Source of the DNA: a virus
Direction: 5' to 3' (one strand)
IMG/VR virus record: IMGVR_UViG_3300027917_000038
Span: 1-64,000 of that record
Length of the DNA stretch: 64,000 nucleotides
Part shown: piece by piece, positions 1 to 10,925 of the stretch
Position numbering within the stretch: the first letter of the stretch is position 1
How the letters are laid out: every line of letters starts with the position of its first letter
Notes under the pieces: generated by a model
Told to the model about the DNA's origin: nothing
The model's database searches: none
What the model saw: only the letters and a program-made list of their open reading frames with translations
Position numbers and translations under genes: made by a program

Positions 1-627
1 AGATCTTATCTTGAGCCATTAAAGGAAAATCTTCCTAATATGCCAACATTTCAAGAGAGTATAGGAAGAGTAGTAAGAATAAATGATGGGAATGATTCTA
101 ATATTGAACAAACTTTAGTTAGAGAATCAACACAAAAATATCCTATGAAATTTTACAATACAAGTATTCCAAGAGATTTAGATTGTTTTGATGCTCCAAT
201 TGTTCTTACTATAAACCCTGGTAGTATGACCGATAAAGATTGGCACAAAGTTAGAAAACCCATACCAAAAACTTTAATGTTTGTAAGAATAAGAACAAAC
301 ATGTGGAATTTAGAAAGTGTAGTTAGACCAGCAATTGAATATTATAGCCACAATGGGGTTCCAGTTGTTTTAACATTTATGGCTTATTACGATACACCAG
401 TTCCAGAGGAATACCAAAAATATTATATTTTCCGAACAAGAACTCTTAATGAATATTGGGTAATAAAAACTGAAGAATGGAAAAAAATCATGGATAAATA
501 CTGGAGAAATGATATGGTATATTCATGCTCTAAAATTGAAGGAGAAAATGCAAGCAGAGCATGCGCAAGATGTGGTAATTGTATTAGAGAATATTTTGTA
601 ACAATGGAGAGAATGAGAAATGACTAA
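1..627 (+). CDS. Hypothetical protein, probably 5'-truncated; C-terminal Cys cluster
   Basis: Frame is open from base 1 upstream of the ATG at 40; C-terminal CSK...CARCGNC. Confidence 0.5.
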   Translation, partial: RSYLEPLKENLPNMPTFQESIGRVVRINDGNDSNIEQTLVRESTQKYPMKFYNTSIPRDLDCFDAPIVLTINPGSMTDKDWHKVRKPIPKTLMFVRIRTNMWNLESVVRPAIEYYSHNGVPVVLTFMAYYDTPVPEEYQKYYIFRTRTLNEYWVIKTEEWKKIMDKYWRNDMVYSCSKIEGENASRACARCGNCIREYFVTMERMRND

Positions 628-821
628 GATTGTATTCGACTTTGATGAAATAAAAGATTTCATAGATGGTGTAGAAGAAGAGCACGTTGGAAGGTGTAAT
701 GAGAGGTATTATACAAGATATAGATTAACAGATGACGGAGAAATAGAGTATGAGAATTATGCTTATAGAATGATTATAGATGAAGGATGGAAAAAGGAAG
801 GAATAAAAGGTGAAATTATAA

Positions 822-1304
822 ATGAGTTACACACAAAAGATTGAAAAAGAAATTATGCCACCAGATAAGAAAATAAAATATAAACCAAAGATTTATTTTG
901 CTCATCCGTTTGATAAATGGCAAACACCAAGAGAAGATCAAATTGAAAAGATACTTGAAAGTCGGGGGTACATAGTTGTAAATCCATTTAAGGAAGAGGA
1001 CAAACTAAACGAAAAATATGGAGTTAATAACTATTACGAGAATCCAACATATAACTTTGCAAAAGATATTGTTGACAAAGATTACCAAATGGTAAGTGAT
1101 TGTGATGAATATTTTGGATGGTTTCCAAAAGATGTCACAATGATCGGTACTCCAATTGAATTAGTTTGGGCACATGATCTTGGTAAAAAAATAACAGTAC
1201 TCTGTTATAAACCACAGCCTTTCTTATGGATGATGGCAGATGTATTTTATATAAGATATAGAAATTTTAGGGATGACATTAAATTCTACGAAAAAGAAGT
1301 TTAA
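822..1304 (+). CDS. Nucleoside 2-deoxyribosyltransferase-like protein
   Basis: KIYFAHPF, VVNPF, D..mV..CD and GTxxELxxA..GK pattern. Confidence 0.65.
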   Translation: MSYTQKIEKEIMPPDKKIKYKPKIYFAHPFDKWQTPREDQIEKILESRGYIVVNPFKEEDKLNEKYGVNNYYENPTYNFAKDIVDKDYQMVSDCDEYFGWFPKDVTMIGTPIELVWAHDLGKKITVLCYKPQPFLWMMADVFYIRYRNFRDDIKFYEKEV

Positions 1305-1730
1305 GGAATTGTTTGGAGAAACAGTAGAGCCATACAATAATTCAATTGTAGAGGCGGTGTCAGCAAATAGTGTAATAGCATTGGTAAACGAGGGATTTTT
1401 AAATCGTTTCCAATCTGGGAAATTTACAAAATATGTAATAAACAAAATACCAAAAAAGGAAAAACAATTTCAGGTCGTTAAATTTAATAACCTTTATTTT
1501 GATTTTGATATAATAAGAAAAATAATTGATAATTTTCTTGGAAGTATTATAGAAGTTGCCGTTTGCTCAACAAAAGGTGTTAATTCATTGGCTTTTAAAG
1601 TGGGTGAATATGCAATAGTTATGGGTGAAAAAAGAGAAGATAGACCTGAAACATTAACAAAGTATGAAATTAATTATAATTGGAATGATATATTTAATGA
1701 ACAAAAAACATTCGCAAGTGATATGATATT

Positions 1731-1925
1731 ATGAAATGTCCGCATTGTGGAGAAACAATAAAGCTCTGTTATGATTGTAAATATTATGGTAGTTATGACA
1801 TGGGAGCTTCTGAATATTGTAGTAATAAAGAGAGAAGAAAAAAACATCCAAAAGGACTGTATGATTTTTTTAGTCCAAGATATGATGGAGAGGATTGTGA
1901 GTATTTTGAAGAAGACAGTTATTAG
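1731..1925 (+). CDS. Small Cys-rich zinc-finger protein
   Basis: CPHC, CYDC, further Cys; translationally coupled to the upstream ORF. Confidence 0.55.
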   Translation: MKCPHCGETIKLCYDCKYYGSYDMGASEYCSNKERRKKHPKGLYDFFSPRYDGEDCEYFEEDSY

Positions 1926-2144
1926 AGCAAGAGAATTTGATGAAGATTTTAGCGAAGAAACTGTTTATCATGGAAGATTGAGAAGATGTATTTATCTTGG
2001 AAGGGGAAGATGGCTTTATTGGACTGGATGTTACTATTGGTGATTTAAATGAAAATAATAATAATTTTTGATGATGAAAAAGAAGAGAAAGAAGAAATTT
2101 TAGAATGGGCTAAAGATCCAGATGTAAATGATGGGGTGTATTAA

Positions 2145-2888
2145 ATGAATGTGATAATAACAAGTGAAATGAGGGTTGGAAGTAGATGGATTCACTATCT
2201 ATTAAAGGACTTATTAAATATGATGGTGAGTCCGGAATTAGATGTATCGCAATTACAAAATTGTAATTCATTAGTTAGAGAAAGATTTAAAGAGAAAAGA
2301 ATAGTAAAATTTCATCACGCAACTCAAAATCAGATTTTTAAAAATATAAAACCATTGGATTATATAGTTATTGGAATAGTAAGAGAACCAAGGGACAGAG
2401 TTACATCTTGGACATTCCATCAAAGATATAAACCACCAGGTCAAGGATTAAAAGAGATAAAAAAAGCAAAAAGTGATAAAGAAGCAGTAAGAGTAGCTTT
2501 TAATAATGAATCAGCAAAAGAGGCAAATGAAAGACAATTCATATTAATGGAAGAAGGATTCAGTACTAAAAAAATACACACACAAGATAATCCCTTTTAT
2601 GTATGGACTTGTTATGAATGGTTAATAGAAAACGCTAATCAAGAAATCTACACAATAGCTAAATTAATAAAACCTAATGTAAAAAAATCTGATATTGCTC
2701 GTGCTATTTTACTAAATTCATTTAAGAAAAAATCCGGAAGAAGCAGAGGAATGGAAAATAGAAGAGATGAATGGAGAAGAAAAGGAATAATTGGAGATTA
2801 TGTTAATTGGTTTGATGATGACATGATTGAGGAAAGTGAAGATATTGTAAAGAGATATAATGAAATAATAAAAAAAGAGGAAGGTTAA
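2145..2888 (+). CDS. PAPS-dependent sulfotransferase
   Basis: 5'-PSB-like MRVGSRW, 3'-PB REPRDRVTS, C-terminal RRKGIIGDYxNxF. Confidence 0.8.
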   Translation: MNVIITSEMRVGSRWIHYLLKDLLNMMVSPELDVSQLQNCNSLVRERFKEKRIVKFHHATQNQIFKNIKPLDYIVIGIVREPRDRVTSWTFHQRYKPPGQGLKEIKKAKSDKEAVRVAFNNESAKEANERQFILMEEGFSTKKIHTQDNPFYVWTCYEWLIENANQEIYTIAKLIKPNVKKSDIARAILLNSFKKKSGRSRGMENRRDEWRRKGIIGDYVNWFDDDMIEESEDIVKRYNEIIKKEEG

Positions 2889-4051
2889 TGCCAGAAGTAG
2901 TTGGAGACAGATTTTATAAAAAATTACCATATATCTCAAAGAGTTCAATTAAAACTCATTCTTATTTTTGTCCTTATTTGTTTTATAATAATATGATTTT
3001 AAAAGAAAAAAAAGGAGAAATGGGAAAAAGAGCAGATGTTGGTACCGACACACATTTAATATTTTCTGAATTTTGGAAGAAAGTTGATTGTGATTATATA
3101 TATAATGAACTTGAAATTGATACAAATATTGAACTAGAGAACAATCCAATTACATATTATTTTTATGGGATTTGTATGAAATTAACACCAGATTACGATA
3201 GAGATGTTGACGTTCTCCAAAGAATATTCTGGAAGTTTGCGCAATTACATGCGGCAAGGTTTCTTTATTTCTACAAATTGTTTAATGGAAACAGATTTAA
3301 AGTGTGGAAATATTTTTATCCTATTAAAATTGAAGATTTTTTTATAACAGATGATTATGAAATTTATGGTACAATAGACACATCTTTCAAAGATTGTGAT
3401 AAAAATTTAAATGAATCAGTCTATGTGCCAGATTATAAAACTGGAAAAGTTCCAGTTTCTGTTTTAAGAGGCCCTAAAAATATAGCAGACGAAACATCTG
3501 TTCAATTACCACCTAAGTTTATGTTCGAAGTTCATTTTTATGGTTTGTTATATTTATTAGAAAAACACTGGGATTTTAATGACGAAAGAGTTAATAGATT
3601 TGTTTTATATGATGAATACAGAGATAAAGATGGTAATTGGAAAACATTTGGTTTAGGAATAACAAAAGAAGAACAAGAAATTATTAATAAGAAAAAGTAT
3701 AAATATCTTACAAAATTAAAATTGAAATTAAAAAGATGGAATCCGGTAACAAAAAGACACGATGAACTTAAAAAAGGAGACATAATATTAGGAATAATTT
3801 TTCTTACTGGAGATCCAAAGATTCAACATCCAGTTGTAGCAAAAAAGAAATTTAATTATACATCTTTAAAAACTGTGTTGGTAAGAATAAATACTTTAAG
3901 ACAAATATACTTCCATCGAAACGATGACGAGTTTTATTTAATAAAGGAAATGAAAACGAGACCAGAATATAATGAATATCGCTGTAAAGTATGTAGCCGA
4001 AATGAAAAATGTTTAAAAGAAATTGAAGAAGATTTTAAGAGGGGATTGTAA
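2888..4051 (+). CDS. Cas4/AddB-like PD-(D/E)XK exonuclease with 4Fe-4S ligands
   Basis: N-terminal CP, GTxxH, GTID, DYKTG, C-terminal CKVC-x5-C. Confidence 0.75.
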   Translation: MPEVVGDRFYKKLPYISKSSIKTHSYFCPYLFYNNMILKEKKGEMGKRADVGTDTHLIFSEFWKKVDCDYIYNELEIDTNIELENNPITYYFYGICMKLTPDYDRDVDVLQRIFWKFAQLHAARFLYFYKLFNGNRFKVWKYFYPIKIEDFFITDDYEIYGTIDTSFKDCDKNLNESVYVPDYKTGKVPVSVLRGPKNIADETSVQLPPKFMFEVHFYGLLYLLEKHWDFNDERVNRFVLYDEYRDKDGNWKTFGLGITKEEQEIINKKKYKYLTKLKLKLKRWNPVTKRHDELKKGDIILGIIFLTGDPKIQHPVVAKKKFNYTSLKTVLVRINTLRQIYFHRNDDEFYLIKEMKTRPEYNEYRCKVCSRNEKCLKEIEEDFKRGL

Positions 4052-4203
4052 TGGGGCCATTGATGCCTGGGTTTTATAGACCTCAACCCAAGACCGTGAT
4101 GTGTCCTTTTTGTTATGAAAGGAATTATTACAGAGGAGATAAGAATTACATGTTTTGTACTTATTGTGGTTCTAAATTAATAAAAGGAGAAGATTTTAAA
4201 TGA
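4051..4203 (+). CDS. 50-aa zinc-ribbon protein (not in ORF track)
   Basis: MGPLMPGFYRPQPKTVMCPFCYERNYYRGDKNYMFCTYCGSKL; TAATG overlap with the upstream gene. Confidence 0.7.
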   Translation: MGPLMPGFYRPQPKTVMCPFCYERNYYRGDKNYMFCTYCGSKLIKGEDFK

Positions 4204-4406
4204 AAAAACAAGAAATTATAGATCCTATTCGCACGGAAACTGATGAACTAAAAGACGCATTGGAATTTGTTATAAATGATTATAGATTTTTAGTTTTAAC
4301 ATTAAATAAAGTAAAACCATTGCCAAAAATGATTATGGATATATTAGAAGACCATAAAGCAATGGCTAAAAGATGGGGATTAAAAATAAAAACAAGTGAA
4401 TAAAGT

Positions 4407-5447
4407 GTGTTTATTGAAACTGGAGCAAGTAATCGAATTCCCTATAGGAAAATGTTTACTTCACAAGAAGAAGCAATACAAGATTTCAATAAATATAAGG
4501 CATTTACGAATGTCTATCACTCTATCTATTGGTTCACAGAGAAAGAGGAAAAATTTGATAGAACAGGAAAATTCAAAAGATGGGGGCCAGATTACAACAC
4601 TGCGGTCATTAATAGAATTAGTCTCGACCTTGACTCTTACAAAACAACACGTTTTGATGAGAAAGTTGAAGAAATTTATACGGACGAAGGAATTGAATCA
4701 ATAAGAAAATTCGCAGATTGGTGTGAAAAAAACAATTATATGAGACAATATATTTTTAGTGGTGGCGGGTTTTATGGAATTATTAAGGCAGAAGGTCATC
4801 CTCTTAAATTGAGAGACGGTATGTTAAATCTTGGAATTAAAGCTGATTTAGATATAGATCCTGCAACTGTAGGTGATACTAGTAGAATGATGAGAGTATT
4901 AAATTCTTTTAATTTTGGAGAACATAGGAAATGTTATTGTATTCCATTGAGAGAAGAAGAATTAAGTTTATCTTATTATAAGATACATGATTTAGCAGAA
5001 CATCCAAGATTTAGGTTAAAATTTATTTATGGAGAAGAAAGTTTCAAATTAAACAATTTTAAAATTGATAAAAATAAAATAAATAAGAAAAAGTTATTTG
5101 TTCAATTAAAAGAAAATCAAGATGCTAATATAATTTTAGAAAAATATGGTTGGAAATTAGAAGAATTATGTGAACCAATAAAACATATTTTGAGTAAAGA
5201 TTATGTTGGTCATTATTTAAGATATGAATTAATAAAATACTTCAAAAGTGTTATTAAAATGGAATTAAACGACCTAGTTAATCTAATCTTTTGTTTATTA
5301 AAAGAAGAAGGAATACATTCTCTTACTGAAGGGCAAGCAAGACACACTTTTGAAAATAATAGAATATTTAATCCAAAAAAATTAAAAGCAATGGGGTTGT
5401 GTCCTCCAAATTGCCACAAGTGTCAGAGGATAGCGAATCTCCTTTAA
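4407..5447 (+). CDS. Archaeo-eukaryotic primase with fused PriL-like Cys-rich C-terminal domain
   Basis: DLD motif I, FSGGGFY motif II, GDTSRMMRV motif III; C-terminal C..GHxxR..LCPPNCHKC. Confidence 0.75.
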   Translation: MFIETGASNRIPYRKMFTSQEEAIQDFNKYKAFTNVYHSIYWFTEKEEKFDRTGKFKRWGPDYNTAVINRISLDLDSYKTTRFDEKVEEIYTDEGIESIRKFADWCEKNNYMRQYIFSGGGFYGIIKAEGHPLKLRDGMLNLGIKADLDIDPATVGDTSRMMRVLNSFNFGEHRKCYCIPLREEELSLSYYKIHDLAEHPRFRLKFIYGEESFKLNNFKIDKNKINKKKLFVQLKENQDANIILEKYGWKLEELCEPIKHILSKDYVGHYLRYELIKYFKSVIKMELNDLVNLIFCLLKEEGIHSLTEGQARHTFENNRIFNPKKLKAMGLCPPNCHKCQRIANLL

Positions 5448-5942
5448 ATTGGGAGGAGCTAACCAAAAGAGCAAAACAGTTAAGAGCATTAGGTTATTCA
5501 GTAGAGATAGAACAATGGGAAAACGAAACAAAAGAACAAGTAATTATTATTATAACACGAGATAAAACAAGAAGAAGAGGAAAAGATTTATATGGATAAA
5601 AAGATATATGTTATAAAAATTGAGTGCCTAGATCATGACTTAATGTTTCACATGTCATTTACGGACAAAGAGGCACATAAAGCAAAAGTATCAATAGGAA
5701 CAATAGAAATGACAACAAAAGAAAAAGATTTGACCCATTATATTGATTCAAGATACTTAACTATTAAAGATTTACATAAATTGGCGTATTTAGAATGAAT
5801 TATAAAGATTTATATAGGTTTGGGGAAAACGAAGCATTTATGACAATAGAAAGACTTCCAGCAAATCGAAAGGAATGTGTTAATTGTTATTATCTAAAAA
5901 GAGAAATTTTTATCGGAGAAAGTATTTTGTATAATTGTTCAC

Positions 5943-6785
5943 ATGTTGGACAAAATCCAGGGTCAGATGAATGCCCAACTAAAAAGAAAGGTGTTAATAG
6001 TGATCGTAATAGATAGTGGAGAACCAGAACATGTTTTTGAAGCATTCGACGAAAAAGGAATACCATATATAAAAGCAGAAATTAGATTTTATTTTTGTGA
6101 AAATTGTGGAAAAGTATATACAGCAAATCCAGAAATATGTGATGAATGTGGAGAAACAAGAATCACATCTGAAAGAGTAGGAGATTTTACAAATACAAAC
6201 AGAACTTTCTTAGTAGAAAGAAAAACTCCAGCAGATTTTGTTTCATCTATGTTAGATAAATCTCTTCATTCACAAGCGGCAAGAATGGCTAAATATTTTG
6301 CTGGTTGGAAATTTGTATTTTTAGAAGGATTTATTTCAGTAATGGTTGACGATCCACATAATACAAATATATCAAATTGGATTCGTTCAATGAGAGTCAC
6401 ATTAAGACAATATGATGTTTGTATGTGGCAGATGGATGATATTTATATGTTGATATATGAATTAAGAAGACTTGATGAAAAGTGTGGAGAAACTCCTCAA
6501 ATCCATGAAAAGATAGATGATAAGTATTCTGGATGGTCTAATGCTAAAAAAATAGTGTGTAAATTAATAGACGTATCAGATAAGAAAGCAGATATATTAT
6601 TAGAAAAATTTAAAACTCCTTGGAATATTTTTCAAGCTATAGGGAAATCCGATATTTTGTATACAAAAAGCGGTAAACCTAAGTTAGATGTAGATAGCCC
6701 TTTTTATAATTTAAAAGGATTTGGGGTTAAATTTGTATTAAAAAATAGAGAATTGTTGTTGTTGCCGGATGGGAAAACCATATAA
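5943..6785 (+). CDS. ERCC4/XPF-family nuclease (resolvase-like) with zinc ribbon insert
   Basis: VIDSGE, VGDF, VERKTxxDF, QxxRM, LEG motifs; HhH-like GFG C-terminus; real start is probably a little downstream. Confidence 0.85.
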   Translation: MLDKIQGQMNAQLKRKVLIVIVIDSGEPEHVFEAFDEKGIPYIKAEIRFYFCENCGKVYTANPEICDECGETRITSERVGDFTNTNRTFLVERKTPADFVSSMLDKSLHSQAARMAKYFAGWKFVFLEGFISVMVDDPHNTNISNWIRSMRVTLRQYDVCMWQMDDIYMLIYELRRLDEKCGETPQIHEKIDDKYSGWSNAKKIVCKLIDVSDKKADILLEKFKTPWNIFQAIGKSDILYTKSGKPKLDVDSPFYNLKGFGVKFVLKNRELLLLPDGKTI

Positions 6786-6927
6786 ATGTCCAGTTTGTGA
6801 AGGAAGGGGAACAGTTCCAGCAGGTTTTTATAACCAAAGTCGTTATATGTATACCTATGAACCTGATGTAACTTGTAAAAGTTGTTTTGGTAGAGGAATA
6901 GTTTATGGTACCGATAATTGGTATTGA
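6769..6927 (+). CDS. 52-aa DnaJ-type zinc-finger protein (not in ORF track)
   Basis: CPVCEGRG...CKSCFGRG (two CxxCxGxG). Confidence 0.7.
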   Translation: MGKPYKCPVCEGRGTVPAGFYNQSRYMYTYEPDVTCKSCFGRGIVYGTDNWY

Positions 6928-8719
6928 AGATGTAAGAACTTACATTGCTGAACAATGTCTTGATTTTATAAGACATTCAAAAGGAAACCTTATCTATAAC
7001 ACCTTTACTGGAAGTGGAAAAACAACTACCATATTAAAAACTATATATGAATCAGAAGATGGATTTACATGGATGTATTTTGCTCCTTATCACAAAGTAA
7101 TTGAGGAAAACATAGAATTGTCAAAAGTAATTGACTTTCATAATTTTGTTCATTTAGAATCCAGAGAAAAATTATGTTTATCAAAGGAGTATAGACAATT
7201 GGCAAAGGAAAAAATAAATATAACTCCTTTTTGTGAAAACTTTTGTACATTAAAAGATACAAGATGTCCTTATTATGAAAACTTAAGAATAATAAGAGAA
7301 ATGCCAACTTGTTTAGCCGCAGTTCATGCCCATATACCAACATTAATGCAAACACTTTTTTATGAAAAATGGAAAGGAAGATGTTTATTTAACTATTATG
7401 ACATAATTGTAATAGATGAATTTCCTTCTAATACAATTTATAACCAAATAGGAATAAATAAAAAGAATATTGATTATGCAAGAGATATATTAGAATTAAC
7501 AGATATAAACACAAAAGAATCACATCTCCTTATGTTAATAATGGATGAATTGAGTTTAGCAACTGGTAGTATTAGCATAAACTATTCTAAAATATTTTCA
7601 ATGATATCAACTTACAAAGGATTAAACTTCGATTCGTTTAGGGAACAATATGACGCAAAAATCTTAGAATTAATTACTAAGAAAAGAATTAGGTCTCCAC
7701 CAGAAGATATAATTCATTTCTTAATTGAAATTTATAAAAGAAGACCAGACCCAAATGAACTAGTTTGGATGATTTGTAAAACAGAAAGCTCACAATGGCT
7801 AAAAGGAAGTATTTATTTAACTATTTCAAATTTACCATACTTTCAAAAATTACCTATAAAAGTTATTGCGCTTGATGGAACTGCTGACATTGACGCTTGG
7901 AAATCAATTTTAGGAAACAATTGTGAGTCAATAACATACGATATTAGATATAAAAATACATATCAACTATTAGGAGCAAGAAACCCAACAAGTACTCTGG
8001 TTAGGAAAAATGATTTCACTCCATCTGGTATTAAAATGTTGGAAATGTTAAAAACTATTTGTAATTATAAAAAAGGAAATGTTTTAATTTGCGCATCTAA
8101 AAGAATCCAAACCATCCTTTCAAAATATTTAAAGAAAAATAAAGTTAAAAATTATACTTTTGCAACATTCTACAATTTAAGAAGCCGAAACTCTTACTTC
8201 GAAGATTGTGATACTTGTGTTATATTCCATGAACCAAACATTCCACCATTTCAAGTGGAAATAATTAAAAATGTTTTAGGATGGGAAGAAGATTTAATAA
8301 GAAAAATAAACAGGGAAGATGAAATTAAACAAGGAATTGGAAGAATTAGACAGAATATTCCAACCACACCTATAGGAAGAAAAAGAGAAAAAAGAGAAAT
8401 ATTCATATTTTCATCCACTGGTTACAAAAGATTAGTTCCAGAGGCAAGATATATGCTATATGATGATATGTTAGGTTTTGCTAGGGGAGGCAAAAAAAGA
8501 CTTTTTTTAGATAAATTAAAAAAAACAATTAAAGATAATTCTCCAGTCTCAAAAACACGAATAAAAGAATCACTTGGATTATCAAGACAAACTGTTGATC
8601 ACATCATTAATATTTTAGAAGAAGATGGAGTAATAGAAGTCAAATGGGGAAATATAAAATGGATTGGAGAAATAGAAGATGAAGAAGAATTTTTAATAAA
8701 AATGGGTAGAAGAAAATGA
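6905..8719 (+). CDS. SF2 helicase, XPD/DinG-like Fe-S region, C-terminal winged HTH
   Basis: TGSGKT Walker A, IDEFP, LDGT, QGIGRIR; SREKLC...FCENFC...CPYY. Confidence 0.75.
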   Translation: MVPIIGIEDVRTYIAEQCLDFIRHSKGNLIYNTFTGSGKTTTILKTIYESEDGFTWMYFAPYHKVIEENIELSKVIDFHNFVHLESREKLCLSKEYRQLAKEKINITPFCENFCTLKDTRCPYYENLRIIREMPTCLAAVHAHIPTLMQTLFYEKWKGRCLFNYYDIIVIDEFPSNTIYNQIGINKKNIDYARDILELTDINTKESHLLMLIMDELSLATGSISINYSKIFSMISTYKGLNFDSFREQYDAKILELITKKRIRSPPEDIIHFLIEIYKRRPDPNELVWMICKTESSQWLKGSIYLTISNLPYFQKLPIKVIALDGTADIDAWKSILGNNCESITYDIRYKNTYQLLGARNPTSTLVRKNDFTPSGIKMLEMLKTICNYKKGNVLICASKRIQTILSKYLKKNKVKNYTFATFYNLRSRNSYFEDCDTCVIFHEPNIPPFQVEIIKNVLGWEEDLIRKINREDEIKQGIGRIRQNIPTTPIGRKREKREIFIFSSTGYKRLVPEARYMLYDDMLGFARGGKKRLFLDKLKKTIKDNSPVSKTRIKESLGLSRQTVDHIINILEEDGVIEVKWGNIKWIGEIEDEEEFLIKMGRRK

Positions 8720-9602
8720 TTTGTAAAGATATTTGTACAAAAACAAACTTTTTAATAGCAAGAGGATATGAAAGAATTGTTAGCGGAGCAAGAGGAGATT
8801 ACATTGAAATGACAAAAGATCAGATAATTCTTAGTAGATTAGTAGTTCCATTAGACAAAGAGTGGAGAATCACAGATCCTGATGTATATTACATAGAATT
8901 TAGAACTAAAGACGAGAGTTATACAAAAGTGTATTTTCAAAAGAATACAGTAAAGTATGCAGATTATAAAATTGGATATTATTATATTTCAGTTGAAGAT
9001 GTAATTATGGAGTGATAAAAATGGTTCTTGAAACTTACCAAGATTTACCGGACGCAACAGACAAAGAAGTAATGGATTTTTTAAGAGAAGAGATTTACTT
9101 TATTATGGAAAAGGCAAATATGAAAAAAAGAATATTTGTTGCGGCTATGAATACAATTTTAAATGAAGTAGAGAAAAGATTAAGAAGAAATGGCGGAGGA
9201 ATATTCACTAGTTAATATGCCAGAAATAAGCGAAAATGAATGGAAAGAATACATGGCATTGAAAAGAAAAGAAGAAATAAGACAAAAGGAAATAGATGAA
9301 TTAATTAAAAAAGGATTACCAAAAATTAAGAAGTGGAGAAAAGATTTAAACACAACAAGAGGAATGGCTTCTACATTTGCTAATATATTATTAAGAGAAT
9401 ATGAAAGGAGAGGTAAGCCAGAAACATTTGTTTTAGATAGGTGGAAAACAGTTCAAGAATATCTTCCGCCTAAACTTGTTGTTAGAAATAAACATAGATT
9501 TGATTTACAAAATCATTTTAGAATGTTATTAAGAAAATATGGATGGAGTGTAAGAATAAACCATAAACTAGGTTTATTTGAAGTTACTAAAATTTTTTAA
9601 AT

Positions 9603-9616
9603 ATGATATTTAAATA
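9603..9616 (+). promoter_or_regulatory. Archaeal-type TATA promoter, late class
   Basis: ATGATATTTAAATA about 30 nt upstream of the GT4 start; resembles the motif upstream of structural operons. Confidence 0.45.
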
Positions 9617-9644
9617 CTTTAAAAACACTATATAAATAAGAAAA

Positions 9645-10925
9645 ATGTCAATAAATAGAAATAAAGAACAAATTGTTGTAGTTTCGCAAGATCCAAAAAC
9701 TGTTTTTTCCTATGGACTACAAGTAAGTGAATTGATAAAAGGAATGCCACAATATCATTTCAATGTTATAAGCAATCAATATTTATACGGAAGACCATTT
9801 ATAAGTTCCATTGCAGATGAAAATGGAAAAATTGTTAGTCAATATACAACATGGGCTCATGAAGGAGAAGAGGCAAGGTGCACAACAACTCTTAAAAAAG
9901 TTATAAACCACACAGATCCAGTTTGTGTATTTTCTATGGGAGATATTCATCACAATTCTAATATCCCACTTGGAAAGTCACTACAAACTCCTTGGGTTTC
10001 TTGGTTTCCGTGGGATAACCATGATGTTCCAGCAATGTTAAGAGCAAGACATTTTATAGAGTCTCCAGATGTTAAAGTAACAATGTGCGACTTTTCCTAT
10101 AATTTGTTAAAAAATCATGGTTTGGAAGTTGATGAAATGATATACAATATTATTAACACAAATGTATTCAAGCCATTAAAATCGGAACAAAGCAGAACAG
10201 TGTTAGAAAAACTTAATCCAAAGATAAAAGATAAAAAAATTCTTTTATTTGTTGGAAGACCATCATGGAGAAAAAATATAGAATTTCTATTAGGAGCACT
10301 TAAAGATATTCTCAATGTAAGAAAAGATGTAATGTTATATTTACATGTTGATTTTAATGATTGGGGTGTATTAGAAAGACCTAATATTAAAAAACTAATT
10401 CATGCGTTAAAATTAAAAGATAATATATTATATACAGAAGAGAATAGATGGACAACTGGAATAGATTCAAAGTTTCTTAATAGGCTTTATAATTTAATAG
10501 ATTTGTATGTCACTCCTCATGGAGGAGAAGGATTTGGATTACCAATATGTGAAGCTATGGCATGTGGGAAGCCATTTGTTGCAACTAATTGTACATCAAT
10601 GCCGGAATTTGCTGATGGTGATAAAAGAGGTTTATTAGCAAAAGTTGCGACAAATAAGAGAGAAAGAGGAGTTTATCGCCCTTGGGTTGATATGGATGAT
10701 TTCGTTGAAAAGGTTTTGTATTTATTAGAAAATGATGATGTAAGAAAGAAAATGGGAAAAAGGGGAACATATTGGGTTAGAAGAAATTGTTCTCATAAAA
10801 AAGTCATTCCAAAATGGGAAGATGTTTTCAAGAAATTGTCTGTTCCATTATGTAGAATAGATGAACGTGTTTCAATATTAGAATGGAGTGACAGATATAT
10901 ACCAAGAACAGTTGATGAAAAATGA
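9645..10925 (+). CDS. GT4 family glycosyltransferase
   Basis: FVGR...RKN, EGFGLPICEAMACGKP. Confidence 0.9.
   Translation: MSINRNKEQIVVVSQDPKTVFSYGLQVSELIKGMPQYHFNVISNQYLYGRPFISSIADENGKIVSQYTTWAHEGEEARCTTTLKKVINHTDPVCVFSMGDIHHNSNIPLGKSLQTPWVSWFPWDNHDVPAMLRARHFIESPDVKVTMCDFSYNLLKNHGLEVDEMIYNIINTNVFKPLKSEQSRTVLEKLNPKIKDKKILLFVGRPSWRKNIEFLLGALKDILNVRKDVMLYLHVDFNDWGVLERPNIKKLIHALKLKDNILYTEENRWTTGIDSKFLNRLYNLIDLYVTPHGGEGFGLPICEAMACGKPFVATNCTSMPEFADGDKRGLLAKVATNKRERGVYRPWVDMDDFVEKVLYLLENDDVRKKMGKRGTYWVRRNCSHKKVIPKWEDVFKKLSVPLCRIDERVSILEWSDRYIPRTVDEK

Noticed and set aside
2888-4051. CRISPR adaptation Cas4
   Set aside because: Solo Cas4-like nuclease among replication genes, common in archaeal viruses
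4396-4704. 102-aa ORF overlapping the primase
   Set aside because: Alternative frame almost entirely within a motif-supported gene
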